A stretch of 62,020 nucleotides of DNA from a bacterium (lineage in GTDB: Bacteria; CALINM01): contig JBEQAF010000001.1 of NCBI GenBank assembly GCA_041640455.1, positions 1 to 62,020 of the forward strand, written 5' to 3'. Shown here one piece after another: positions 38,227-46,962 of the stretch (positions within the stretch are counted from its first letter, which is position 1; every line of letters starts with the position of its first letter). Below the pieces are notes generated by a model. That model was not told where the DNA came from, searched no databases, and saw nothing but the letters and a program-made list of their open reading frames with translations. The position numbers and the translations under genes are program-made.

Positions 38227-38242
38227 AGCAATCACCATGCCA
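38227..38242 (-). promoter_or_regulatory. sigma54 -24/-12 promoter candidate upstream of hydGEF-regulator
   Basis: The minus strand reads TGGCAT-GGTGA-TTGCT, matching TGGCAC-N5-TTGCW at every key position (GG-N10-GC). It lies about 200 nt upstream of the hydG ATG. Confidence 0.55.
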
Positions 38243-38372
38243 AAAAACAAGGCGGATAAAATTTTATAAGCTGGGAAAGTAAGATATCAAGTCTATGTAT
38301 GTTGTGATAATAGGGATAGTGCTAAAAATAAGGGCAGGGAGGAAGATAGGGTTGTAAAAATGATTATGGCTA

Positions 38373-38657
38373 TTATTTTATCTCATAGGGATCGTAGCCA
38401 ATTTTTTTTAAGGCATCTATAATCTCTTTAGCCGATATCTTGTTTTCGTCGAACTGGACAGTCACTGTCTCATAGTCCAGATTGAGCTCATACTTATTTA
38501 TACCCTTTAACTTTCTTAAAGACTGCTCCACATTAAATGAACACATTTTACAGTTTAGCTCGGGGACTTTTAATTTTAATGTTTTTTTCTCATTCTGAGC
38601 GAGAGACAGCCCTGTGAGTGTAACAAAAATCATCAGAGATAACAAAATTTTTTTCAT
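38373..38657 (-). CDS. secreted heavy-metal-associated (HMA) domain protein, MerP/CopZ-like
   Basis: Signal peptide followed by LKVPELNCKMCSFNVE (CxxC metal site) in a ferredoxin-like fold pattern. ATG 38657 is preferred because GAAGGGG lies upstream. Confidence 0.6.
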   Translation of the reverse strand: MKKILLSLMIFVTLTGLSLAQNEKKTLKLKVPELNCKMCSFNVEQSLRKLKGINKYELNLDYETVTVQFDENKISAKEIIDALKKIGYDPYEIK

Positions 38658-38729
38658 AAAAAACCCCTTCAATAATTCTTATACTATTATCATCTCAGCT
38701 ATTTGAAGATCAGTCAATAGAAATAAAAT

Positions 38730-38758
38730 AAAAAAACCCCGAGCTAAAAAGCTCGGGG
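38730..38758 (-). terminator. rho-independent terminator after the porin gene
   Basis: Minus-strand CCCCGAGC-TTTTTA-GCTCGGGG followed by T7. Confidence 0.8.
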
Positions 38759-38783
38759 TTTAAAGGACTTTTACAAATTAGAT

Positions 38784-40139
38784 TTAGAAAGTATAGGTAA
38801 GCCTTGCAAGGAGCTTATAGACATCTGATGGGTCTTTCCCTGAATCTGATTTATCATAAGCATCGCCTAACATAAGATAGCCTGCAGCTAAAGTAAGAGC
38901 CAGGTTCTTCTCAAGCTTATATCTTGCCTGAAGATTTATCTCTGTACCTAAACCTTTTTTCTCTGTTGCAGTTTTCTTTTCATTAAACCTTGCATTTGCT
39001 ATGGTTGCCTGAATGTTTGTTTTATCATTCAGATTCTGGTCATAGCTAAGATATGCAAGTGTTATACCTCTACCATAACCTGTAGCATCCTGAAGCACTG
39101 CTGCCGAATGGTTTATTGATTCTTCAAGGGCTCTAACAAGGAACATAAGATCATTGCAGCAAAGAGGTATTGAAGATGTTACGTCATTATAAGTCTGGGT
39201 AACAAGTCCATCATAATCTTTATCAGTGGCATCATCATCTCCAGAGGTGTAGAGAAGTCTTGCTCTAAGTTTGCCAGGACCAACTTTTACATCAGCCTGT
39301 GCCTGAAGGGCATAGCCGCTAATATCACCACCAATTTTATACTCACCAAAGTTATAAAGGGCAGATACACCGTAATCAACTGAACCTGCTTTACCAAAAT
39401 AGGTGGCACCTAAATAGTTAACCGAATAATCGTCTACATTCTGTTTAGCCATCTCATTTATGGGCTTAGCCGCTTCGTTATCAACTATTCTGTAGTATGA
39501 AACGGAAAGCTTGCCATTACCAAGATTCTGCTTATAGGTAATGGGGATAAAATAAATGGCATCCTGCTGTCCACCGGCAGTTGCATCTGCATCAGCATTT
39601 GGATCTCTTAATAGATAATATCCTACAAGAAGGCTGCTATCCTTTGATATTGTGTAGTCAGCTCTTACGCCTGCCATATCGGCGCCAAAAAAGAGAATAC
39701 CATTAAACTCATCGGAAAAGCCCTGAAGACCTAAAGTAAGCTTCAGATTATCAGAAGGTTTGTACCAGAAGAAGGTGTTTTTTGTTTCAATATTAATTGA
39801 GTCGGCACCAATAGCACCACCCTGGTTCCTTGCGACAGTAGCTGAATTATCGCCCCATCTTGTATCTATCTCGAATGCAACGGTACCACCGAGATTCTCA
39901 CCGCTCTTCAGATTAAAAAACATTCTTGTTCTCTGATCAACAAAAGATGATAACTTATCATCTTTTTTCAAGGGACGATCTAATGATGTTGCTTTTGCGT
40001 TTAATCCAAATGCGCCATATCCAAAATTATTTAACTCGCCCTGAACCCTGATAAAGCCTTTCAGATCTAAGGTCGTCTGGGCAGATGCTATGCCCGCTAA
40101 TATAAATACTGCTAAAACTGCTAATACTAATCTTTTCAT
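38784..40139 (-). CDS. outer-membrane beta-barrel porin
   Basis: Signal peptide ending ASA-Q, beta-strand periodicity, and a C-terminal ...RLTYTF. Confidence 0.65.
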   Translation of the reverse strand: MKRLVLAVLAVFILAGIASAQTTLDLKGFIRVQGELNNFGYGAFGLNAKATSLDRPLKKDDKLSSFVDQRTRMFFNLKSGENLGGTVAFEIDTRWGDNSATVARNQGGAIGADSINIETKNTFFWYKPSDNLKLTLGLQGFSDEFNGILFFGADMAGVRADYTISKDSSLLVGYYLLRDPNADADATAGGQQDAIYFIPITYKQNLGNGKLSVSYYRIVDNEAAKPINEMAKQNVDDYSVNYLGATYFGKAGSVDYGVSALYNFGEYKIGGDISGYALQAQADVKVGPGKLRARLLYTSGDDDATDKDYDGLVTQTYNDVTSSIPLCCNDLMFLVRALEESINHSAAVLQDATGYGRGITLAYLSYDQNLNDKTNIQATIANARFNEKKTATEKKGLGTEINLQARYKLEKNLALTLAAGYLMLGDAYDKSDSGKDPSDVYKLLARLTYTF

Positions 40140-40245
40140 CTAATACCCTCCTTTTTGGATTTTTTAAATTTAAAAATAAATAAAGCCAAAATTTTTAACC
40201 CTTCCTATCACCCCCTTTTTTTAAAATACTGTTTTACTCCTGCCA

Positions 40246-40276
40246 ATTATATACCAATTAAAATAAAACGTGTCAA
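40246..40276 (-). promoter_or_regulatory. sigma70-type promoter candidate for the porin gene
   Basis: The minus strand reads TTGACA-cgttttattttaattgg-TATATAAT. This gives TATATA at 17-nt spacing or TATAAT at 19-nt spacing. Confidence 0.4.
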
Positions 40277-40287
40277 GAAAAAAAGTT

Positions 40288-41652
40288 TTACTTTAACCTT
40301 ACCACGATCCCCTTTTTGTCTTCGGTTACTATAGATATATAAGCATAATTTTTAGTTTTGTCAAAGGCTAAATCAGAAAGATAGCCGCTGAAAACCTCTG
40401 ATTCCCTGACTTCCTTTAATCCAAGCTCATCAGGAGATATTTTTACAAGCTTGCCTTTGCTGAAGCTTTTTGACCTTAAAAAGAGTCTGCTACCTTCATT
40501 TTTTAGTGTAAAAATATCTTCTCCTTCTGTTATCACCCTTGATGGAAGGGATATAAATTTGGCACCTGTATCAAAGCTAACCCCCTTCTCCACGCCCTTC
40601 TGTGATCCGCCGTATCGGTCATTTAGCTTTCCAAGCAGATTACCTTTCTCATCAAGTATTCGGTATACATCATGCTCATCTATGTAGATGTAAGCCCTTT
40701 TGTCTTTATATTTTACAGGCGCAATCTGATAGATATTCAGATTTTCCCTGATAAAAATATTTAGCCTTTCTCCCTTAACAAAATCCTTACCATCAAAAAA
40801 GATTTCAAAGATCTTTTCATCAAAGGGGCTGTTAAAACCAGAGCTCTGAGCTATAAGCTTAGGTTTTCCATCCTCAAAGATCACATTTACATAAACTGGC
40901 ATTTCAAAGAGCTTTGAGTAGCCTTTGCCATCAAACTCAAGACAGATTGTATGGGGCTCCTCCTTTTGAATGAGAGTAATATATATCTCTTCTTTTAAGT
41001 TTAGGTTAAGATCTGCTGAATTTAGTGTTAAAACTGAAGCGCTAAACTTCTGCTCAAATAGCTTTGCTTTTAGCTCCTCGTCGTATATAAATACCTCGTT
41101 TCTCGAAGCAAGGACAATCTCTTTTTTCCCATCTCCATCTGTATCGACAAGAACCATTGAGTAAACTGGATGGTTAAGATTAAACACTTTGTCTCTTATA
41201 AATCTATCCTGAGATTTTTCAATAGGCTTAGCCTCTTTTACTTCTTTTCCTTGTGTTAGCTGACTAACCAGCTCATCTATGGCTTCTATGAGTTTTGAGT
41301 CGCTATCCTTTGATGAAAAGAAGGTCTTTAGATTGCCATCTTTATCCTCAAGTCTTGTGTCAAGAGATATGGCGTTGCCAATCTTTGTAAAACTACCATA
41401 AAGGGCATAGCCAAAGCCGCTTTTAAAGGCATCCTCTGGCTTGTCAGATTTTATAATCTTTTTTTCCGATATATTAAGTCTTGAGTGGATCATATCTGGT
41501 ATGGCATCTTTAAGATAGGCATAGCTTTCAGGGGCATTAATCCTAAAGTTTAGTATGGCTACTTTATCAAGAGCCCAGGAAGGAGCTGCCATAAAAATCA
41601 AAATCAGAGCAAGTGCTGCTATCTTTTTTCCAACAGATTTAATTTTTTCCAT
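40288..41652 (-). CDS. secreted protein of unknown function with an FG-GAP/VCBS-like segment
   Basis: Signal peptide (…AAPSWA). The N-terminal VAILNF... module resembles TolB-N/CsgG-like folds. TDGDGKKEIVLAS is FG-GAP-like. I recognise no family confidently. Confidence 0.4.
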   Translation of the reverse strand: MEKIKSVGKKIAALALILIFMAAPSWALDKVAILNFRINAPESYAYLKDAIPDMIHSRLNISEKKIIKSDKPEDAFKSGFGYALYGSFTKIGNAISLDTRLEDKDGNLKTFFSSKDSDSKLIEAIDELVSQLTQGKEVKEAKPIEKSQDRFIRDKVFNLNHPVYSMVLVDTDGDGKKEIVLASRNEVFIYDEELKAKLFEQKFSASVLTLNSADLNLNLKEEIYITLIQKEEPHTICLEFDGKGYSKLFEMPVYVNVIFEDGKPKLIAQSSGFNSPFDEKIFEIFFDGKDFVKGERLNIFIRENLNIYQIAPVKYKDKRAYIYIDEHDVYRILDEKGNLLGKLNDRYGGSQKGVEKGVSFDTGAKFISLPSRVITEGEDIFTLKNEGSRLFLRSKSFSKGKLVKISPDELGLKEVRESEVFSGYLSDLAFDKTKNYAYISIVTEDKKGIVVRLK

Positions 41653-42377
41653 TTTTTTTCATCTCCTTTTATAATTTTTACCTGCTCCAATTTTAAATAG
41701 TTTTTTAGCAAAAAAGCAACTATATAGGTATCAACACTGTTTTCTGGATAGAGATATATGGTCTTTCCATGAAAGGAATGCGGCGAAGTTTTCAGCTGAT
41801 CTTGCTGAAAAAAATCATCAACGCTAAGCGGGATTGCCTTTTTTATCTTAAAGCCTTCCAGAGGCTGGCATTCAAATATGAGAGTATTTTTCTGCTTAAT
41901 TATATGCTGGGAGGGCTCAATGAAAAAGCTTGCAAAATCAGTCTTAGCAGGGGCTTTTAGATTTGATAGCTCAAGCCTTCTACCCATAGTTACAGAAGGA
42001 ACACCTCTTTTTTTTAGCTCCTCAAAGGATGCTGCAAAGTATATCTCTTTTATGCCCAGCATATTCATAAAAAAGCCAATGAAGGCTGATTTTTTTGCCT
42101 CATCTTTGTTGTTTATGATAAAAAAGACCCTGCTATCTTCCTTGACACCAGAAATTTTGAGAAAATTAACAAAATCTTCGTAGCTTTTCTGCATAAGCTG
42201 AGGCTCAAAGTAATGGTAATCTAAATGGATGGAGTTTTTTATCCGCTCCTTTTTAAACTCCTCAAGGGGTCTGAGATCAAAAACTACTGTGCTTTTATCG
42301 GATATATCCATATCCCTGCCAGTAAGCCCGAGTGTAGCCACTGCAATAAGAGCAAAAATTATAAGCTTTTTTAGCAT
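41619..42377 (-). CDS. secreted tandem rhodanese-like protein lacking active-site cysteines
   Basis: Signal peptide followed by two segments with a rhodanese-like pattern (VVFDLRPLEEFKKERIKNSIHL...). No Cys sits in the expected active-site loops. This assignment is weak. Confidence 0.35.
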   Translation of the reverse strand: MLKKLIIFALIAVATLGLTGRDMDISDKSTVVFDLRPLEEFKKERIKNSIHLDYHYFEPQLMQKSYEDFVNFLKISGVKEDSRVFFIINNKDEAKKSAFIGFFMNMLGIKEIYFAASFEELKKRGVPSVTMGRRLELSNLKAPAKTDFASFFIEPSQHIIKQKNTLIFECQPLEGFKIKKAIPLSVDDFFQQDQLKTSPHSFHGKTIYLYPENSVDTYIVAFLLKNYLKLEQVKIIKGDEKKWKKLNLLEKR

Positions 42378-42490
42378 TTATTACCCTTTGACCTGCTTTT
42401 TCATTTTCAGGTACACTATTTTAACAGCTACCTATCTGCTTGTTAGTTGCAAGGCTTTTTTAAGCAGCAAAAATTTGTAATTAGTGATAT

Positions 42491-43948
42491 TCATCCTTTT
42501 ACAACACCTAAAGGTTTTAGCCTTGCTACCTTTTTTGATATGCCTGCACTATGAACCACATCCACCACCTCTGAGATATCCTTATAAGCCTCAGACATCT
42601 CTTCTGCCAGAGTCTCCCTTCCAGCAGATTTTACCAGTATGCCCTTTGCGCTCATCTCGTCACGGATTGATCTTCCCTTTGCCCTCTTTATAGCCTGATG
42701 CCTTGAAAGCACCCTGCCTGCGCCATGACATGTGGAGCCAAAGGTATTCTCCATAGCAAGCTGAGAGCCCAGAAGAATGTAAGATGCCCTTCCCATATCG
42801 CCAGGAATGATGACAGGCTGTCCGAGAGACTTGTATATATCAGGTAGCTCAGGGTGGTTTGGCGGAAAAGCTCGGGTTGCTCCCTTTCGGTGAACCATTA
42901 GCCTTTTCTTTTTTCCATCAACTATGTGTTCTTCTACCTTCGCTATGTTATGAGCCACATCGTATATGAGTTTTAGCCCGAGCTCTTTTGGAGACATGCC
43001 AAGCACACTCAGAAAGGCTTCTCTTGTCCAGTGGGTAATGCACTGCCTGTTTGCCCACGCATAGTTTGCTGCCGCTTTCATTGCTGATAGGTAGTCTTTT
43101 GCCTCAGGGCTTTCTATGGGTGCGCAGGCAAGCTCCATATCAGGTAGATGAATGTTATATTTTTTTATAGCCCTATGCATTATCTCGATAAAGTCAGTGC
43201 AGACCTGATGTCCAAACCCACGTGAGCCCGTATGAATCATTACGGTAATCTGATCTTTAAAAAGCCCCATCTTATATGCCGCATCTTCATCATATATCTC
43301 ATCCACATACTGGATCTCAAGAAAATGATTGCCCGATCCGAGAGTACCCTGCTGACCTCTTCCTCTCTCATATGCCTTATTACTTATAATCTCCGGGTCT
43401 GCCCCCTCAAGACATCCGCCCGATTCTATGTGAGCCAGGTCTTCCCTATCGCCAAAACCTTCTTCCACTGCCCATACTGCACCTTTTGTGATGACAGCCT
43501 TCTCATCTCTGGCAGATAGTTTGAGTTTACCTTTAGAGCCCACACCAGATGGGACGTTATAATATATGTTTTCTACCAGATTGCTCATATGTTTTTTAAT
43601 GTCATCTTTTGTTAGGTTGCTTCTTAATATTCTTACGCCGCAGTTTATGTCATAACCTACACCGCCTGGAGATACTACGCCTTCTTCCATATCAAAGGCT
43701 GCCACACCGCCTATGGCAAATCCATATCCTGTATGAATATCTGGCATGGCAATGGATGCCTTTACTATACCTGGCAGAGTGGCTACATTGGCAACCTGTC
43801 TTAAAGCTTCTTCTTCAAGATATCTCTCAAGAGCTTCGTCTATGTATATCACTCCATCCACTTTCATATGGGGGATCGAGCCCTTAGGTATCTTAAGAGT
43901 GTAGGGGTTTATTCTTACTGCAGAGATACTATATTTTTTCTCCTCCAT
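42491..43948 (-). CDS. rtcB: RNA 3'-phosphate ligase RtcB
   Basis: GYDINCGVR, GSGNHF, HTGSRGFGHQ and CHGAGR motifs. 485 aa. Confidence 0.95.
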   Translation of the reverse strand: MEEKKYSISAVRINPYTLKIPKGSIPHMKVDGVIYIDEALERYLEEEALRQVANVATLPGIVKASIAMPDIHTGYGFAIGGVAAFDMEEGVVSPGGVGYDINCGVRILRSNLTKDDIKKHMSNLVENIYYNVPSGVGSKGKLKLSARDEKAVITKGAVWAVEEGFGDREDLAHIESGGCLEGADPEIISNKAYERGRGQQGTLGSGNHFLEIQYVDEIYDEDAAYKMGLFKDQITVMIHTGSRGFGHQVCTDFIEIMHRAIKKYNIHLPDMELACAPIESPEAKDYLSAMKAAANYAWANRQCITHWTREAFLSVLGMSPKELGLKLIYDVAHNIAKVEEHIVDGKKKRLMVHRKGATRAFPPNHPELPDIYKSLGQPVIIPGDMGRASYILLGSQLAMENTFGSTCHGAGRVLSRHQAIKRAKGRSIRDEMSAKGILVKSAGRETLAEEMSEAYKDISEVVDVVHSAGISKKVARLKPLGVVKG

Positions 43949-43960
43949 AACGCCCCCCCT

Positions 43961-44389
43961 CTAAATATCAAATAAAACTTTTGTCTCAAAGCCCTCAGCA
44001 TTCTCTTTTAGATAAAATCCGTGATAGGTAGCGGCTTTGATAAGAAGTTTTTTTTCATCCCTTTCTTCATCAAAGTAGTAGCCCATAAGCTTAGCATCTA
44101 AGCTAAAAATTTCGTTTTTCTGACTGACATTAACATTAATTTTACGGGCGACAAAGCCCTCAGCATCAAAGAGAAATATTAGCTCATTTAGCCAGTTTAT
44201 AAAAAGTCTTTCTAAGCTGTCGCACTTAAGCTCCACGTCCTTTTCAATCTCAATAATTTCTTTTACATCAGTTATTATGTCAAAAAGCCCCAGTCCACCA
44301 TTCTGAAAGAGTTCGTTTAAACTTCTGCCATAAACCAGAATCCCCACATCGCCAGTGGTTTCAAAGAAATCATATCTTTTTGGCAGCAT
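43961..44389 (-). CDS. archease (RtcB activator)
   Basis: 142 aa containing YDFFETTGDVGI near the N-terminus and KAATYHG near the C-terminus. It is adjacent to rtcB. Confidence 0.85.
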   Translation of the reverse strand: MLPKRYDFFETTGDVGILVYGRSLNELFQNGGLGLFDIITDVKEIIEIEKDVELKCDSLERLFINWLNELIFLFDAEGFVARKINVNVSQKNEIFSLDAKLMGYYFDEERDEKKLLIKAATYHGFYLKENAEGFETKVLFDI

Positions 44390-45127
44390 TTAGTAATACC
44401 TTCTTGCTCCAAGATAGTGCTTTTTAAAATAGCCGCTCTCTATAGAACTAATTCTAATCTCGTCATTTCTTTTGGGTGCATGGACCATTTTGCCATCACC
44501 AGTATAGATCCCCACATGGGTTGCCCTGCCTCCCGTGCCAAAAAATACCAGATCACCTTCAGAAAGCTCATCTATATCCACTGGATAGCCTTCTCTAAAC
44601 TGACTATCTGCGGTTCTTGGAATTGACAGCCCGCAGAGATTATAAACCGCTTTAGTAAAGCCACTACAGTCCATACCATCTGTAACTGTATTTCCGCCCC
44701 ATTTATAAGGTATACCTACAAATCTTTTTGCAGTCTCAGCTATGATAAAACCAAGATCATCTCTTTTTGCTCTGTCTTCTCTTTTTGTGTATGAAATTTT
44801 CTTAACATCCATAGGCTCGGCTATAAAAAAATCCTCAAAAATCCCTTTTCTTCTTAGCCTTTCTGCATAGGCTCTTGCTTGATCATAATCTTTGAAATCA
44901 CCAAACCTGACCACAAATAGCCCATCGTCTCTTTTGAAATAAAAGGTGTCAATCCCCTGATCTTCTAGTTTTTTGTATAGCCTGTAAGCATTATCCAGAT
45001 TTTTAAAGGCACCCACCTGAATGGCATAGCCAGCAAACTCAGGGGTTTTTCTATTTTTAACCTTTTCTTTCCCAGCGCAGCCAGAAAGCATAAATATAAA
45101 CAATAAAACCCATATTACCTTCCTCAT
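44390..45127 (-). CDS. lipoprotein with SPOR and NlpC/P60 peptidoglycan endopeptidase domains
   Basis: Lipobox LSGC, SPOR-like YAIQVGAFKNLDNA, and P60 catalytic region YKWGGNTVTDGMDCSGF...HVGIY. Confidence 0.85.
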   Translation of the reverse strand: MRKVIWVLLFIFMLSGCAGKEKVKNRKTPEFAGYAIQVGAFKNLDNAYRLYKKLEDQGIDTFYFKRDDGLFVVRFGDFKDYDQARAYAERLRRKGIFEDFFIAEPMDVKKISYTKREDRAKRDDLGFIIAETAKRFVGIPYKWGGNTVTDGMDCSGFTKAVYNLCGLSIPRTADSQFREGYPVDIDELSEGDLVFFGTGGRATHVGIYTGDGKMVHAPKRNDEIRISSIESGYFKKHYLGARRYY

Positions 45128-45133
45128 AAGAAA

Positions 45134-45142
45134 ATTATATCA
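45134..45142 (-). promoter_or_regulatory. extended -10 (TGATATAAT) 6 nt upstream of the NlpC/P60 ATG; candidate leaderless promoter
   Basis: The minus strand reads ctcTGATATAATtttcttATG. No SD is present. Confidence 0.4.
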
Positions 45143-45167
45143 GAGTTTTCTCAAAAGTAGAGAATTT

Positions 45168-45176
45168 TGATATAAT
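45168..45176 (+). promoter_or_regulatory. extended -10 (TGATATAAT) 6 nt upstream of the GAF-HD-GYP ATG; candidate leaderless promoter
   Basis: The plus strand reads tttTGATATAATaataaaATG. No SD is present. Confidence 0.4.
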
Positions 45177-45182
45177 AATAAA

Positions 45183-46418
45183 ATGCTGAGAGAGAAAGAG
45201 CGGCTTGATTATATTATCAACCTGAGCAACGAGGTCTTACGAGTAAAGGACATTGATATCCTTTTAGAAAAGATTCTACTTACGGCAAGAATGGTTACCA
45301 ATGCTGATGCAGGCTCAATCTATATCAGGGAGGGGAATAAGCTCAGATTTAAATACACTCAGAACGATACCTTTCAGAAGAAGCTGGAAAAGGGGAAAAA
45401 GCTAATCTATTCCACCTTCAGCATACCTATTAATAACCAGTCAATAGCAGGCTATGTTGCCTTGACTGGAACGTTACTTAATATTGCCGATGTTTATGAG
45501 ATTCCACCATTAGCAGCATACAGCTTTGACAGAAAATATGATCTGATATCTGGCTACCGTACTAAATCTATGCTTACCATACCGCTTAAAGACAATCGAG
45601 ATAATGTGGTTGGCGTATTACAGCTAATAAACGCAAAAAACGAAAAGGGCGAGATTGTTCCTTTTCTTAAAGAAGATGAGCCTTTTATCCTGAACTTTGC
45701 TAATAACGCAGCCATTGCCATCGAAAGGGCTGAGATGACAAGGACGATTATTCTTAGAATGATCAAAATGGCAGAGTTAAGAGATCCCAAAGAGACAGGA
45801 GGACATGTAAACAGAGTGGCATCTTACGCAGTGGAGATATACCACACATGGGCAGAGAGAAAGGGTATTCAGCCAGAGATAATTGAAAAGAATAAAGATA
45901 TTTTACGAATAGCAGCCATGCTTCACGACGTGGGAAAGGTTGCCATATCTGACACCATATTAAAAAAACCAGCCAGGCTTACTCCTGAGGAGTATGAGAT
46001 TATGAAAGGGCATACCTATCTGGGGGCAAGACTTTTTTCCGATAGTCACTCAGATTTTGACGAGGCAGCTTACCATGTGGCGCTTAACCATCATGAATGG
46101 TGGGACGGAAGCGGATATCCAGGCTATATAGATATCAACACAGGTATGGCTCTTCCTGGCTATGAGAAACCAGACGGCAGACCAAGAGGAAAGAAGGGGG
46201 AGGAGATCCACCCTTTCGGAAGAGTGGTTGCCATCGCAGATGTTTACGACGCCCTTTCATCAAAAAGGGTATATAAAGAGGCATGGAGCGAGGAAGATGT
46301 GTTAAATGAGATAAAAAAGGGATCAGGAATACAGTTTGACCCAGAAATGGTTGAAGCCTTTTTGTTTAATATTGACCTGATAAAATCAATATACGATAGA
46401 TATCCCGACGAGCATTAA
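45183..46418 (+). CDS. GAF domain plus HD-GYP domain protein (c-di-GMP phosphodiesterase family)
   Basis: N-terminal GAF-like region, then AAMLHDVGKVAI and HHEWWDGSGYPG. Confidence 0.85.
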   Translation: MLREKERLDYIINLSNEVLRVKDIDILLEKILLTARMVTNADAGSIYIREGNKLRFKYTQNDTFQKKLEKGKKLIYSTFSIPINNQSIAGYVALTGTLLNIADVYEIPPLAAYSFDRKYDLISGYRTKSMLTIPLKDNRDNVVGVLQLINAKNEKGEIVPFLKEDEPFILNFANNAAIAIERAEMTRTIILRMIKMAELRDPKETGGHVNRVASYAVEIYHTWAERKGIQPEIIEKNKDILRIAAMLHDVGKVAISDTILKKPARLTPEEYEIMKGHTYLGARLFSDSHSDFDEAAYHVALNHHEWWDGSGYPGYIDINTGMALPGYEKPDGRPRGKKGEEIHPFGRVVAIADVYDALSSKRVYKEAWSEEDVLNEIKKGSGIQFDPEMVEAFLFNIDLIKSIYDRYPDEH

Positions 46419-46687
46419 TGTTTTTGCCACTCGGCTAAAAAATACTTATCATAAAGCACTTTGAAAGCTGATGTGCCTTCTTCTGGCGCATTGCTCATAG
46501 ATCTTATTTTTTGTAGAACCATTTTTGATATATCTTCGTTTAATCTATAAAATTTTATATAGGCTTTTTTAACCTCAGATTTTATCTGATAGGACTTTGC
46601 GGTCTTTGAGATAAGGTTACGCTTTAAAAGCTCCTGATATATGGTTTCAGCAATGCAATCAACTCTCTCATCGGAAAATATATTCAT
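46415..46687 (-). CDS. DUF507-like small protein
   Basis: 90 aa. The helical charged pattern and the ...VLYDKYFLAEW tail resemble DUF507 as I remember it. It is a paralogue of its upstream neighbour. Confidence 0.5.
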   Translation of the reverse strand: MNIFSDERVDCIAETIYQELLKRNLISKTAKSYQIKSEVKKAYIKFYRLNEDISKMVLQKIRSMSNAPEEGTSAFKVLYDKYFLAEWQKH

Positions 46688-46962
46688 AGCTTAAACCCCT
46701 TCTTCTTTGCCAGCTCATATTTTACCCTTTTAAATACCATTTCAAAATCTACCTCATCGGTATGGAGCTCCTTTGAATGCTTTCTTATTAGCATCTCCGC
46801 CTCTTTTTCAAGCTCTACCTCTTTTTTAAGATCAGCTGTAATAATCTTTTCAACTATCTCTTTTATGATCGGTTCATTTTTTATATCTGCAATAGCCGAT
46901 GAGATAAGCTGATCTGTTATAAGTTTTGCCAGTCTGTTTATCTGAAAAGGATTAAGCCTCAT
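46684..46962 (-). CDS. DUF507-like small protein
   Basis: 92 aa with N-terminus MRLNPFQINRLAKLITDQL. A 4-nt overlap joins it to each neighbour. Confidence 0.5.
   Translation of the reverse strand: MRLNPFQINRLAKLITDQLISSAIADIKNEPIIKEIVEKIITADLKKEVELEKEAEMLIRKHSKELHTDEVDFEMVFKRVKYELAKKKGFKL

Noticed and set aside
37987-38250. 87-aa ORF in the hydG upstream region
   Set aside because: It overlaps the hydG start, has low-complexity AT-driven composition and no SD, and spans the promoter, hairpin and palindrome elements. It is most likely non-coding.
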